The notes under the pieces were generated by a model. It saw only the letters and a program-made list of their open reading frames with translations. It searched no databases and was not told the DNA's origin. From positions 39,680,001 through 39,744,000 of the forward strand of contig JAGIQG010000010.1 of assembly GCA_024679065.1 (NCBI GenBank): a stretch of DNA of 64,000 nucleotides. Reading direction: 5' to 3'. Source of the DNA: Sphyrna mokarran (lineage: Eukaryota). Shown piece after piece: positions 12,477 through 24,930 of the stretch. Every line of letters begins with the position of its first letter. The stretch's first letter is position 1. The position numbers were made by a program, and so were the translations under genes.

Positions 12477-13566
12477 ATTGTTTAAGAAATCAATACAGGA
12501 TATTTTTTATTCATTCAGAATGTGTAAAAACTCAAAGAAGAGCAAAAATGACTAGGATGTTTTATTAACTAAACTCCCATGGGTATTTCTGAGGGTCAAT
12601 TAATATTTATGCAAATTCATTAATTAATTCATCAATGCAAATATTCCTTTTGGAATCAATTTCACTTTATTAATAACTCTTCTAATTAAGTCACACCGAA
12701 TGCTATATTCAAAGAGAATCAGATTAAATTTCAATTCAAACTATGGCAGATCATAATATATATTGAACATATGTCATTCAAGAACATAACTTCTGAATTA
12801 ACTTATTATAATTAACCCATCATCTTAGATTGTTACAGCTAGTTTTCCATGGAAGTACATTTAAAAAAAGAATATGAAGTTTGTTTTTGTATATAAACTA
12901 TATTTATTTCATTATTTAGAAAAATAATTATTTTTATAAACTGAATGTTTTAATTGCTCTCAAAATGTACAGAGGTGGGGTGAAATGATGGGTTAGCAAA
13001 TCAAGAATTTAAATTGTACGGCATGACTTAGAAATATAACTTATTCTTTTTGGAAATGATAGACTGTAACACAGGAGTTGTAGGAGTGGATGGCTCCTCA
13101 GCTGTGAGTATGGGTTGCAGGATCAGGGTTACAATGATGCAGCCCTATTTCCCGACTTGTGCTTGGAGTTTACAAGTTTCTGCACCAGCAATGGACCTTG
13201 AAATCTTGAGATGTCATAATTAGTTTTCATGATTGTGACTCAGTTTGGTATCAGTAATGTTGACAAACTGTTTTAATATTTACACTCTGTCATATCATAT
13301 CATTACAAAGCAGTTCACAAAATGAATTATTATAGTTAGACATTACTGTGAAGTGGTCTTCTCTGATGGAAGGTTCAAAAGACACAAGTTAAAACGTAGA
13401 AATTCTGCAGTTTAAAAAAGGGAAAAAGACTAACATACATTCAGTGAAGGAGTAGTAAACTCATGCAGTAAACTAACTGGAAGATTCAGTAAAGCATGCG
13501 TTATAATCGGATTCTTGTGTCAGTATGATTGGTTTGAGGAGATTTACATGCTGGAATGAATGACGT

Positions 13567-13702
13567 GGGCTGGAATTCTCCACTTCCTCCGTGGCTGGAA
13601 TTCTCCAGTCTTGCTGCTGTGAATGGAGCTTTTGTTGAGCATCAAGTTCTCCATTTTCACCAGCAGCAATTTTGGGGATTTTGACATCACAATATTCTGG
13701 CC
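13567..13702. mobile_element. Short MITE
   Basis: Ends gggctggaattct and aatattctggcc form an imperfect TIR. Related to the short element near 19350-19423. Confidence 0.6.
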
Positions 13703-13857
13703 GTGGTGAAAATGCCAGGAGGAAGAACTGATAAACAGTAAAAAGGCTTTACTAATTATTATTTAGTAATCCTTGGACAAGTACAATGTATACTTCACAA
13801 GATTTTCTTCAAAGTTTTTTTGTATAACAGGGTATGTCAATTTAAATTTAAACTAAA

Positions 13858-14105
13858 AGTAAAGTTTATTGATTAGTCACAAGTAGGCTCACATCAGTAT
13901 TATAATGAAGTTACTGTGAAAATCCCCTTGTCGCCAATGCCTGTTCAAGTACACTGAGAGAAAATTTAGCATGGCCAATGCACTGGAGGAAACCCGTGCA
14001 GATACGGGAAGAACATGCAGATTCCGCACAGGCAGTGACCCAAGCTGGGAATCCAACTTGAGTGCCTGGCATTGTGAGGTAGCAGTGCTAACCACTGTGT
14101 CACTG
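13858..14105 (-). mobile_element. V-SINE (HE1-like head and V-domain, alternative tail)
   Basis: Minus strand: cacagtggttagcactgctacctcaca (tRNA-like head), cccagcttgggtcactgcctgtgcggaatctgcatgttcttcccgtatctgcacgggtttcctcc (V-domain), ending aataaacttt. Confidence 0.85.
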
Positions 14106-14265
14106 TGTAATGTGTTTTGTGTAATGAGACTCCCAAATGTTTTGCAGGAAAAGTACTGGATACTAAGTAGTGGAGAAAATATGGAAGCCACTAAAAGAGC
14201 TTGAAAAATATAACTTTTGCATTGCTTTGAAAGATGAGGAGGAAGCTAGTGCTACAAATTACTTT

Positions 14266-14448
14266 ATAGAACATAGAACATTACAGCACAGAACAGGCCC
14301 TTCGGCCTTCGATGTTGCGCCCACCAATTAAGAAAAAGCAATGACCCTCTAACCTAAACCATTCCCTTTTCATCCATAAACTTATCCACTAACCTCTTAA
14401 ATGCCCCCAAACTTGGCGCATCTACAACTGCAGCAGGCTTTGCATTCT
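14266..14448 (-). mobile_element. CR1 3' terminus
   Basis: atagaacatagaacattacagcacagaacaggcccttcggcc is the reverse complement of the CR1 end seen at 28410-28449. Confidence 0.8.
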
Positions 14449-14594
14449 TAAATTGTTTAGATGTGTTGTATCAATATCAATGCATTCAAATGGGGATATT
14501 TTTAAACATCTCAATAGATTTGAATTCATCTTCATAATATCTATGTTAATTGACAAACACTTTGATATTCAGTTTTCTCATTAACTTCCATTGA

Positions 14595-15729
14595 CAAAGA
14601 ACAAAGAACAAAACATCACAGGAAACAGGCCCTTCGGCCCAACAAGCCCGTGCCGCCACCTCGATGTTCCCACTTCTACCCGTGATCCCTGTCCATGTTT
14701 ATAGATCTATGCATTGAAACCAAATTTGAGACAATTTAGGGAGAATTTGTTCTGCCAATCAGCCTAAGAGCACATCTTTGGGATGTGGAGGAAACCGGAG
14801 CACCCGGAGAAAACCCATGAAAGCACAGGGAGAATGCGCAAAGTCCCACAGACACAGGCCCAAATCCATGTACCTGCAAGCACAGCAATAGTCACTGAGT
14901 TGTCGTGTTGCCCATCAAATGGTCCAAGCATACACTAACAACATGAAGCACTAGGATACTCTTGAAAAAAAATCCAAAAGAAACCCTGTCACGACCCATC
15001 GCGTGTATGCCCCTCATTAGACAACAAGGCGGATCAAGGTACCTGTAGGATAAAAACAAATGCATCAATATCATCGACTATTTCCACACTTCCCAGGGAC
15101 ACCCAAGGCTCATGATCCCTATTTTAAATCAGTTTTCTATATCCCTCCTTTCCCATTCTGTTCATGTGCCCATCTAAGTATCTCTTAAATAACTCCAGAG
15201 TGCCTGCCTCCACCACTTTACTTAGCAGCGCGTTCCATACCCCCACCTCCCTCTGTGTGAAAAAACTCCCTCTAGCATCCAAATTATACCTTACCCTCCT
15301 CACCTTAAGCCCATGACCCCTCGTGCTATTCGAGTCCATCCTAGGAAAAAGCTTAACCCTGTTTATCTATACCCCTCATAATCTTGTACACCTCTATTAG
15401 ATCTCCTCTAAGTCTACGTCTTTCTAAGGAAAATAGCCCAAATTTGCCTAATCTCTCCTTGTACCTCAGACCTTCCATACCAGGCAGCATCCTGGTAAAC
15501 CTCCTCTGCACTCTCTCCAGAGTCTCCACGTCCTTCCGGTAGTAAGGCGACCAGAACTGGACGCAGTATTCCAAATGAGGTCTAACCAACTTTTTATACA
15601 ACTGCAACATTAAAGGCCAGCTCTTGTACTCTATACCCCTTCCTATAAAGGCTAGCATACTATATGCTTTCTCCACAACCTTCTCCACTTGCTCTGCCAC
15701 CTTTAGAGACTTGTGCACTGCACCCCCAG
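14595..15729 (-). mobile_element. 5'-truncated CR1 with V-SINE-like module in its 3' UTR (copy 1)
   Basis: ORF2 C-terminus (KSLKVAEQVEKVV...YRKLI*), then a 3' UTR containing a V-domain and a (ttctttg)n tail. Colinear with 37414-38550. Confidence 0.92.
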
Positions 15730-17114
15730 TTTCCTCCTGCCCTTTCTCTTTAATAATACGGGTGACTTGGATGGAGACCTCAGTATAGATTTCTTAGATT
15801 GCAGAATGATCACATTATGAAGTTCTATGCCATTCAGTACAAGTGAACATGGTTTGGACTCAGATGTTCACCAATAAAGCAAACTGGTTTGGATTATGAA
15901 GATGAGGGACTATCTATTTATCAGGGCAGTCACTTTATTTTCTAAAGAATGGTCTGGAAGCCAGACTAACAGATACACAAAACATACTGGGTGCATTTTT
16001 TCTGGGAGAGAACAATTGCGTACATACCTAAGAAAAACACGAATGGAGAAGGGGGGAATAAAGTTCAGCAAAAAAAAAGACATGATTACAAGACAAAAAA
16101 CACAACTGATATTGCTGAAGTTCTCAAATATTACTTTTCACTCAGAACAGAAAAACTGGAGTTTCACACAGAACAGAAAAATTGAGCTCCGAACTTCAGG
16201 TCTGCATAGCTCCATGGGATACATATTCAGTAATAGAATTCATTATTATCTGAGGACAAAGAAACAATATCTTCTACAGTGATAAAATATTACATTGTGC
16301 ACAGACTCTTAGGGACAGAACAGCATTTTAAATTTCAGGAATACCAGACTTACTTCCAATGGAAGAACAGCAGAAATGTAAGGGGGCCATGTGTGCGCTC
16401 AAACCTTCATGAAGCTTGAGTGGGATCAGACAGCGGATATCAATTTTGTGGAGGGTACAGACCACCAGAGAAGTTTGATCTGCTATTTCCTTTCTGCCTT
16501 GTACTGAATTATAATTCATAACCCTAGCTACGCTATTGAGCTGAAGAACGTGAGGTATTGGAGAAAACAGCCTATGAACAATAATGAAAACAAAGGAAAA
16601 GTTGTGGTCTCACAGCACAAGCTCCGCACTGTGGCACTGGAAGTAATCAGCTGAACACAAATTTTACATTCTTCCAAATTAAAGTTGGCAGATTTCAAGG
16701 CATTAAATCTTTGAGAACTGGGCAACAAATAAAAACAGAAGCATGTTCCAAAAGTTGGGAATTACAAACTATCTTTGTGCTCATAAATTTAGTATAATGA
16801 ATCACAGAATGTACCAATTAATCATATTTCTATGTCAGCAGAGTTGAAGCTATATTCTCAAATGTTATTATTCACCACTAGAGACTCAATGAGTTTTAAC
16901 TTTTGTTGCAAATTATCTGAAATGAGAGTGATAAACATTTTAGAAGCCGAAATGATTTTCAGATATCACAAGGTTAGAACATGTGCGCTTTGGCTGAAAG
17001 TAATTAGTACACAATCGGGTGCTACATGATTTTGAAACCTGCTACAACATTGAAAGGGGAGAAGAGAGAATAAAACTCCTTCATGAAGATGGATCTTCCT
17101 AAAATGATTGAATA

Positions 17115-17555
17115 TTACAACACAAAAGAGACCATTCAGTGCATTGATCCCACACAATTCAAATGTCTATTCAATTCCCTGTTGAAAGGTATTAAATCTA
17201 TTTCCAACACTCATTCAGGCAGTACATTCCAGGTTCATAGCTACTCACTGTATAAAACACATGCTCTTCCTGTTGCCTTTAATTCTTTTTGCCAATTACT
17301 TTAAAACTGTGTCCTTTGGGTATGGACCCTTCTGCCACTGGAAACAATTTATCCATATCTACTCTACTAAAATTGTTCACAGTTTTGAATCACTGTACTA
17401 AATCCTCTTGATCTTCACTGCTGTAAGAACAACCCCAGTTTCTGTAATCCCTCATGTAGCTAAATTCCCTCATCTCCGGTGCTATTCTCCTTTGCACCTT
17501 CTTTGAGGCCTTGACATCCTTCCTAAATGTGCTACCTAGAATTCGATACAATGCT
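17115..17555 (-). mobile_element. Degenerate CR1 3' fragment
   Basis: Remnant RKDVKASKKVQRR...EMREFSY and a CR1-type tail. Confidence 0.7.
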
Positions 17556-18042
17556 GTGATTATCCCAAAACAAGACAAAGTGCCCAAAGGGCGCGAAACA
17601 GAAATATTTCCCACCTGTTTTTTGGGTGCACTTACTAGAGCGAATCTCCAATACTGAGCATTGTAGAGTGCCTCAGCATGACTCCTCTCTGGAAAACAGG
17701 GAGTGGGGCCTGTTCTCATCCGAGAGGCCAGCAATAGTGCTGAGCAGGCCACTACGCATGCACCGATTTGTTAGTGCGGAGATTGGTGCATGTGCACTGC
17801 CTGCCCCCCCCCCCCCCCCCCCCCCACCCCCCCCCCGCACCTCACACCCTCCTGCACCTCCACACCCCCGCACCTCCACCCCCCCCGCACCCCCCTCCCC
17901 ACTCCCCGCACCTCCACACCCCCCCTGCACCTCCACATCCCCCGCACCTCCACACCCCCCCGCACCCCTCCCCACCCCCGCACCCCCACCCCCCCGCACC
18001 CACACCCCCGCACCTCCACACCCCCCCGCACTCCCACCCCCC

Positions 18043-18094
<52 letters not shown>

Positions 18095-18215
18095 CACACT
18101 GACCTCCCGATCACTGTCCTCCAATCATTGGCCTGCTCCACAACCCCCCAATCGCAGGCCTTACAGATCCCCCCTCCCCTGCACCTGATTGCTGTACTGG
18201 ACTTCCCTAGGCTAG
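17552..18215. mobile_element. MITE-like fragment with internal C-rich low-complexity expansion
   Basis: Begins gctgtgattatcccaaaa (TIR-like) and contains gcgcatgc-type motifs as in the other MITEs. 17804-18097 is (cccgcacctccacaccc)n plus poly-C. Confidence 0.5.
17804..18097. repeat. Poly-C / C-rich short tandem repeat
   Basis: C homopolymers at about 17804-17825 and 18044-18093, with cccgcacctccacaccc units between them. Confidence 0.97.
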
Positions 18216-19795
18216 AGCCAATCATTAAATCAACAACCAAATTGGTGTCAAAAGCTACCTGGTTCATGAATGCCCTTGAACAAAAAATCTGACATTCTCA
18301 TTCTGTTTTATATGCGACTCCAAACACACATTAATATAGTTGACTTTTTACAGAGCGCTGAGACAGTCCAGCAAACCATTCAGCTGTATCAAACAACTAT
18401 TAGCAATGTAACTGGATACAGCATCCAGCACTGGGCAAGGCTTTGGATGTGGCAATATAATGCATATCCAGTCAATTCAACCCAACTATCATCCTTTTCT
18501 CCTCTCACAAAGCCAATATTGGATACAATTTTCCAATCAGAAATTTTACTTTTTTGACTAGCCAGCTATGTGGGACCTTGTTAAGATTTATGGCAAGATC
18601 TGTATAGACCACCTCTACTTCACTGTTCACAACCAAAATTCAGCTAATTCATCTATAATTATTTAGATTAACCCTTCTTCCCTTTACAAAAAAAATAGCA
18701 TTATTGAAAATCCTGCCAATCTTTTGGCAGTATTCCTGTAGCTCGAGAGCTTTGAAATATGGGCCTCCAGAATTCCGTTCACCGCAATACAGATGCAACC
18801 TTAGGGTAGGCAGGCAGGGCACAGATGGGAAATCCTATTAAGACCCCTGAATTGCTCTGTAAAGACCTTTTCCTACCCAGCCTCAACTTTTAGACTGGTG
18901 GGTGCTGGTTGGATTAGTGTGCCAAATAGAAATAAGGTGCAATCTTACCGCTGTTCACATTATGCTCCCGCTGCTGTGAAGATGGAGAATTTTGTGACAA
19001 TTGGAAAATCCCTCTGGAATGAACTGTTGGATAATTCTGGACATACTCACTATCAGGCAGGAAGTGATTGGGTGGGTTGGATTGTGGCAATGGCATCTAT
19101 TCTGATGGCCCTTATAGATTTGGGCACCCTTGTTTCAAAGACCTGGGAGCTGAGTTACCCCTGTCTCTTGAGGTCAGGGATCCCAGCATTTATCTGAAAT
19201 GCATCCTGGGACTTAGGCTCTGGCAGAGTGCTGCAGTAACTCTTCCAACCACTGCAGTGCTGTCTGGAGGGATTGGAGAGCTTTCCGCTAATAAGGACTC
19301 ATATCAATAACTCTGGCTGTGATTCTCTGATATCACTCATGGCTGGGCTCGTCCTGCTGGAGTATGCTGAGTATTAAATTCTCCATTTTCACTGGCAGCA
19401 TTATGTTATTGGAGAATTCTGGCCTTTATTCTTTCTCTCTCCAGATGCTGCCAGACCTGTTGAAATTTTCCAGCATTTTCTGATTGGCCAATGGCTCTCA
19501 ACTGTGGGACTTCCATTCACGCATGGATGGATGTCCTGTCCTGCCTGCTGCCAATCAACATTCAACTGGATGTAAAATGGCAGCGGATCTCTTTTACTTG
19601 ATGCGGATGTTTTCCCTGGATCATGATCATCAAGCACTCGCTATACTGTAAATTCAGGTGTTAATGTATTTAAAAAACAATGCTGTTTGACATTTACCCA
19701 CATATACTTTCCTGTCTGCTAATCAATTCTGGTTCATATTATCGTCACTAAAAATTTCTCAATTATCGATGGTAGGCTGACTGGCCTTTAAGAGT

Positions 19796-20122
19796 CTTTT
19801 TATTCATTCATGGGCATGAATGGCTGGCAAACATTTATTGCCCATCCCTAATTGTCTGAGAGCAGTTGAGAGTCAACCACATTGCTGTGCCTCTGGAGTC
19901 ATATGCAGACCAGACCAGGTAAGGACGGCGGATTTCCTTCCCTAAAGGACATTAGTGAACGAGGTGGCTTTCACGATCATCAGCAGCTTTTTAATTCCAG
20001 ATATCTTTATTGAATTCAAATTCTACCATCTGATGTGGTGGGATTCAGATCAGGTCCCCAAAACATGAGCTGAATTTCTGGATTAATAGTCTAGCGATAA
20101 TACTACTGGTTCATTGCTTCCC
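19796..20122 (-). mobile_element. tRNA-derived SINE sharing its 3' tail with the 5880/58855 LINE family
   Basis: Minus-strand head ...cagtagtattatcgctagactattaatccagaaattcagctc...gaatcccaccacatcagatgg. Tail gggatgggcaataaatgtttgccagcc...atgaatgaataa. Confidence 0.8.
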
Positions 20123-20219
20123 TATTGATATGCAGACCTAAGCAATATAAAGTACTGAGTTGAATCTTTCTTAATTTTTGTTAGCTGTTGAATAATCCAG
20201 TGAAAGAAGGGACTTCCTG

Positions 20220-20531
20220 TTGATAACCTCAATGTCCCAAAAGGCTGTAAGGGAAATGATGTACTTTTAAAGTGTGTTACTGTTAAAAGAAATGTGGCAA
20301 CCAACTTTCTACAACAATGTCTGTAAACAGCAATGTGGTGATAACCAGGTAATTTCCTATACTGGTGTTTGTATAGGGATCAATATTAGTCAGTAGAATA
20401 GAACTGTTCAAACTTGGAATCTCTTACATAAATGTGAGAGGTGAAATGGGAGTGATGTATGATTTCAAAGAAGGCACATACAACATGAACACTCCCTCAG
20501 CACTGCACTATTTGTCAATCTAGATTTTGTG
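20220..20531 (-). mobile_element. Deu-SINE (SacSINE1/AmnSINE1-like), degenerate
   Basis: Minus strand: gtgcagtgctgagggagtgtt..., atattgatccctatacaaacacc..., ctggttatcaccacattgctgttt..., aaaagtacatcattt...ttttgggacattgagg. Confidence 0.7.
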
Positions 20532-21725
20532 AAATATATACTTTACATGAGGTGGCTTCCTCTCCATCTTGTGATAATACCGAGGTCATATTGACAATAG
20601 AAGTGTTTTTTGCTTTTATTCATATTAGACCTGGCAGGTTTCTCTTTATCAAAGGAATTCACAGATATGGATCAAGTGAAAATACAGTCATAACAAAAAA
20701 TTTCATTTTCTCCACTGGTATGTGTTAAGTGTGTATCAATTGCATTTGCAGGAGGCATCCTCACAAGATTTGGAAATTAAGCCAAATCAGACATGCGTGT
20801 CATTACACAGGAATAATTTTAATTAAATATTCTAATTTGAACTTGTAGGGAATAATTCTTTAGCTGTTGTATGGTAAACGGAAAAGTGATAGGCAGATCA
20901 TGCATAGTTAATGCCCAAAGAAGTAAACGTGGGACCCCATGCAATTTGTTCTAGTTTGCCATCATTATGTAGATTATCAGAACAGTTAAATCAGAACACA
21001 ACGCCCATGCTTGAAGAAGGATAAATTCAAAGCTAATCTGCAGGAAAATTAGGCTCAACTTTAATGCCACATTCCAGCAACAATGAAGCCAGTTAAAATT
21101 AGACCAAAGTTGATTATTCATTAAGATTATGCAGCCTTCCCAACATGCCCTGGCATTAACCTACTATTAACGTAGAAACTGCCTTTATTTACTAGCATCT
21201 GTCGAAAAGCCCCATCCGGCTTCACCCAACAGCAACTGAGAATCCTTTTAAGTGTTACTGGGATGGCTTCTGACATGTGGAACCCATTGTTGGTGGGATT
21301 GAAGACTGCTTGCCAGAAAGGACCTCAAAGCAAACTGGTACAATTAGCAGTTGTCTAATCTTAGTTTGACTATGTTCCCAATTTCAAGCATGAGAGTGGT
21401 CAGAGGTTACCTATAAGGAGGATATAATGGAGCCAGCAGTAGATGATAATGAGTATTTTGTCCATAAGAGTGACCATGGCTGACATACTGGGTTGAACTT
21501 CCTCAAAGAGGATCAATTTCCACCATTGGAACTGAAAATAGAAACCAGCCCTCACTCCATTGGAAACAAGATGGCAGTTTGTCAGTGATGGCCAATTAAC
21601 AGCCATTCCCTGCCGCTGCTGGAAGAATGAAGGTGGAGCCTGGTACATCAGTACAACAGATAAGGCTGAAGTGTGCACCATAATCCTCAGCCAGAAGTAT
21701 GGGGTGGATAATCCATCTTAACCTC

Positions 21726-22212
21726 ATAAGGAAATAAGATATAAGAGCAGGATTAGGTCTTTTGGCCCCTTAAGTCTCTTCCATCATTCAATAAGATCGT
21801 AGTTGATCTGGTCACAGCCTTTACTTCACTTTCCCTGTCCGCCTCACTGTCTTTCACTCCCTTCCAGATCATCAGTCTGCTTAACCTAGCCTGTAATATA
21901 GTCCACAGTCCAGCCTCTGTCACTCTCTGGGATAGTGAATTCCAAAAGTTAGTGACTCTTTGAGAGAAGAATATCTTCCTTTGCTCAATCTTAAATGGGT
22001 GAACCTTATTTTGAAACTGTGACTCCCTGGTTCTAGATTTCTAAATGAAGGGAAACATCCATTCAGTAGCCACCATCTAAAGCCTCGTCAGAATTTAATA
22101 TGTTCCAGTAAGCTCACTTCTCAGTTTTCTGAATTCCAATAAGTATAGATCCAACCTGCTCAATCTTTTCTCATAAGGCAATGTCTCCATCCTAGTAGTC
22201 AACCTAATGAAC
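21726..22212 (-). mobile_element. CR1 3' fragment
   Basis: CR1-type end (taagatataagagcaggattaggtc...ggcccct) and VTNFWNSL / FPSFRNLEP-like remnants on the minus strand. Confidence 0.75.
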
Positions 22213-22454
22213 AAATTAGCTTGTCTATTTTGAGATTTCCCATGTGAGGTATGGAGAAGGCTTCAAATTGAGTCATTGTTGCATCTTGGGACCCTGAAGA
22301 AATTCCGATGCTCACACTTGTGAAGTACTTTTATGGGAAGTCAAAACTTCCGGTTGTTGGTTTTATGTTGCCCGAATTGCAGGACAATTGCGAGGACAGT
22401 GAGATCAAATAGTTGGAGCAATGAAGACTGGGCTGTTTGTGTTAGCAGATGTAA

Positions 22455-23330
22455 AAATGTTCACTCCTCCTAACAGTGTTCACCCCTTCTGACTGTGTTC
22501 ACCCCTTTCTGATAATGTTCATCCTCTCCTCACATTGCTTACCCCAGCCCAACAATGTTCACTCCCTTCCCATAATACTTGTCCCATCCTGACAATTCTC
22601 ACTAACGCACCTCCCCCACCTCCCGACAATGCTCAGCTCCAACCCAGCAATGCTCATCTATCTCCTTCCAAGGAATTATCACTCCCCCACTTGACCTACT
22701 TTTTGGAATCCCTGGCTGCCATCTGCCTGATGCCAGGAGAGTCATTATTGTAAGGTTGTGCAGGGAGAAGGATGACAGAGGGAGAGTGAGTCCTAAGGGC
22801 ATTGAGCATGTTGGGAATGGGGGGGGAGGTAATCATTGTCAGAGAGTGAAGAACGGCATGAACAATGTCAGTATTAAGAGAGGGATGAACGGCATCAGAG
22901 GTGAGTGAGAGAGTATACAATGTTGTGGGGGAGAGTGGTAAATGATTTTAAGGAAGGAGGGGTAAACAATATCAGGGAGGGATGCCTTGGACAATGTTGG
23001 GTAGTAAGGGACCAGATGAATATTGCCAGGGAGTGAGGGAAAGACATGAGCATTATTGGGCATTAAGGAGTTGAATCTTGTCATGGGGTGAGGATTGTTG
23101 GGATGAAGGTTTAAGCATTGTCAGAGTTGAGGGAAAGAGTAAGCATTATTAAGGAGAATGAATGTTTTCCGAGAGGTGAGAAAGGGGTACAAATTTTGCT
23201 GGGGATGGAGGATGATCATTGTTAGGAAGGTATGGGGTGAATAATGGGGGTAAGTATTGTCAGTGTGCGGGGGGCATGGAGAATGATGGAGTGATGGGTG
23301 ATGGAGAGTGGTTGTACAACATTTGGTGTG
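22455..23330. repeat. Degenerate ~21-bp tandem arrays in opposite orientations (foldback-like)
   Basis: Left arm has C-rich units like cctgacaatgctcactcc. Right arm has G-rich reverse-complement units like ggagtgagcattgtcagg. Confidence 0.6.
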
Positions 23331-23689
23331 GCAGCTCCATTTAAAAAAAAGTATAATTTAATGAAGTGAAAACAGATTTAAGGAGCATGACTTTATCCAT
23401 GAAAAGGAAGGGTTGGAGGATGGCTTTGCTGGAATTACATTTACCGCTTAGCCTCCCCAATCTGTTCATTGCTGGGTTCGAACTAGAAGGAGCAAAGGCT
23501 TCAATGTAAAATGGCAAGTGGGTAGATTAAATTACAGCAGTGGGTGCAAATGCTTCACCGCTGACTGTAAAATCTGAGCCTGTGTGTTCTCACAACACGT
23601 TTTCCTGTCTTTATGTCATTCACAAATTTGGCTCCAATACTCTTTGGCCCCTTCATCCAAATCATGAATATAGATCCCTGAGGTATATT

Positions 23690-24350
23690 ACTATCTATTG
23701 GTTCCCCATTATCTATCCTGCTTGTTATATCCTCAAAGAACCCGGATAAATTTGATTTCCCTTTCCGAGAATCATGTTGACTTTACCTGATTCTATTATA
23801 ATTTTCTAAAAGTCATGTTACTAGTTCCTTAACAATGGATTCTAGCATTTTATCAATGTCAGATTACGTTACTTGGCTTACAATTTTCTGTTTTTTTGCC
23901 TCCCTCATTTGTTGAATACAGGTGTTGCATTTGTGTTTTTCCAAATCACTGGGACCTTTCCAAAATAATAGTGCTATCATCAATCTGCTCCAGTCCCTGC
24001 AGTCCTTGCATTCATCCACGAAGACTTGAAGATCCTTGAATTTTTTGGACAAGTGCAAGTATTGAGAATCCTCCAGTGATGCCTTCTTGATCCCCATACT
24101 TGCCACACTTGTAGTCACGTCTTCCTGTTCCTGATCACAGATTACATCTGATTTACCTAACCTGGGATGTAGTTGCCTCCTGGAACCAAATGTTCAGGTA
24201 ACTTCCGCTTTCCCTTACACTGCAGTGTAAGAATCTAGCTGAACCACTCTGAGCCAAAGATCCTTGAGTGACAGATACTACTGATGTGGTTACTGTGAAT
24301 CACACTGGTATCCACCAGCATCCACATGCTACAGCAGCAATGCATCACCT
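23690..24350 (-). mobile_element. Degenerate CR1 fragments (RT region and ORF1 5' region)
   Basis: Remnants of 'GKSCLTN' (gagaatcatgttgact) and 'NVTPLF' regions, plus an ORF1-like segment similar to 41300-41500. Confidence 0.55.
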
Positions 24351-24559
24351 TCCGTCTTTACCTATTTTGTTTAACCAATTGAGTTGTCAATTTTGGAAAA
24401 ACCACTCAACAATAAGAATTTCTTTTTCCATTGTGCTGGCTTCCCTCACAAAAACTCCCGAGTTCATTACTCTGTCTAGTAATACACTGTCAAACTGGCA
24501 TCCATTGCTGATGTGAGAGTGACTGTCCTTGACAAAAAAGGCAATGTTTAACTGAGTGT

Positions 24560-24930
24560 GGCATCAAGAAACCCGAGAAAATTTGAAGTCATGGGGAACC
24601 AGGGGATAAACTCACTGCGGGGTGGTATCATACTGAGCACAAAGATGTTTATGGTTGTTGGAGAGAAATTAGAGTCTCAGGACATCTCTGCAGGGGTTCC
24701 ATAGGATGTCTTAGGCCCAACCAACTTCAGATGCTTATCAATGCCCATCCATCTATCACAAGGTCAGAAATGGGGATGTTTGCTGATGATTGAACAATGT
24801 TCACCACCATTCACAATTCATCAGATGCTGAAGTAATTTCAGTCTGCAAGCAACAAGCTCTGAACAACATTTAGGTTTGAGCTAGGAAGTAGCAAGTTAC
24901 AGTTGTGTCACTCAAGGGAATAGTCCTTTA
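24560..24930 (+). mobile_element. LINE reverse-transcriptase fragment
   Basis: QDISAGVP...LGPT.F...MGMFADD motifs (gggatgtttgctgatgat at about 24774-24791). Confidence 0.75.

Noticed and set aside
16300-16760. Possible minus-strand exon (gtaagt donor near 16350)
   Set aside because: No good acceptor and no recognisable peptide.
17626-18292. Several Pro-rich/Gly-rich ORFs (formin- or extensin-like)
   Set aside because: Open in all six frames because of the poly-C tract.
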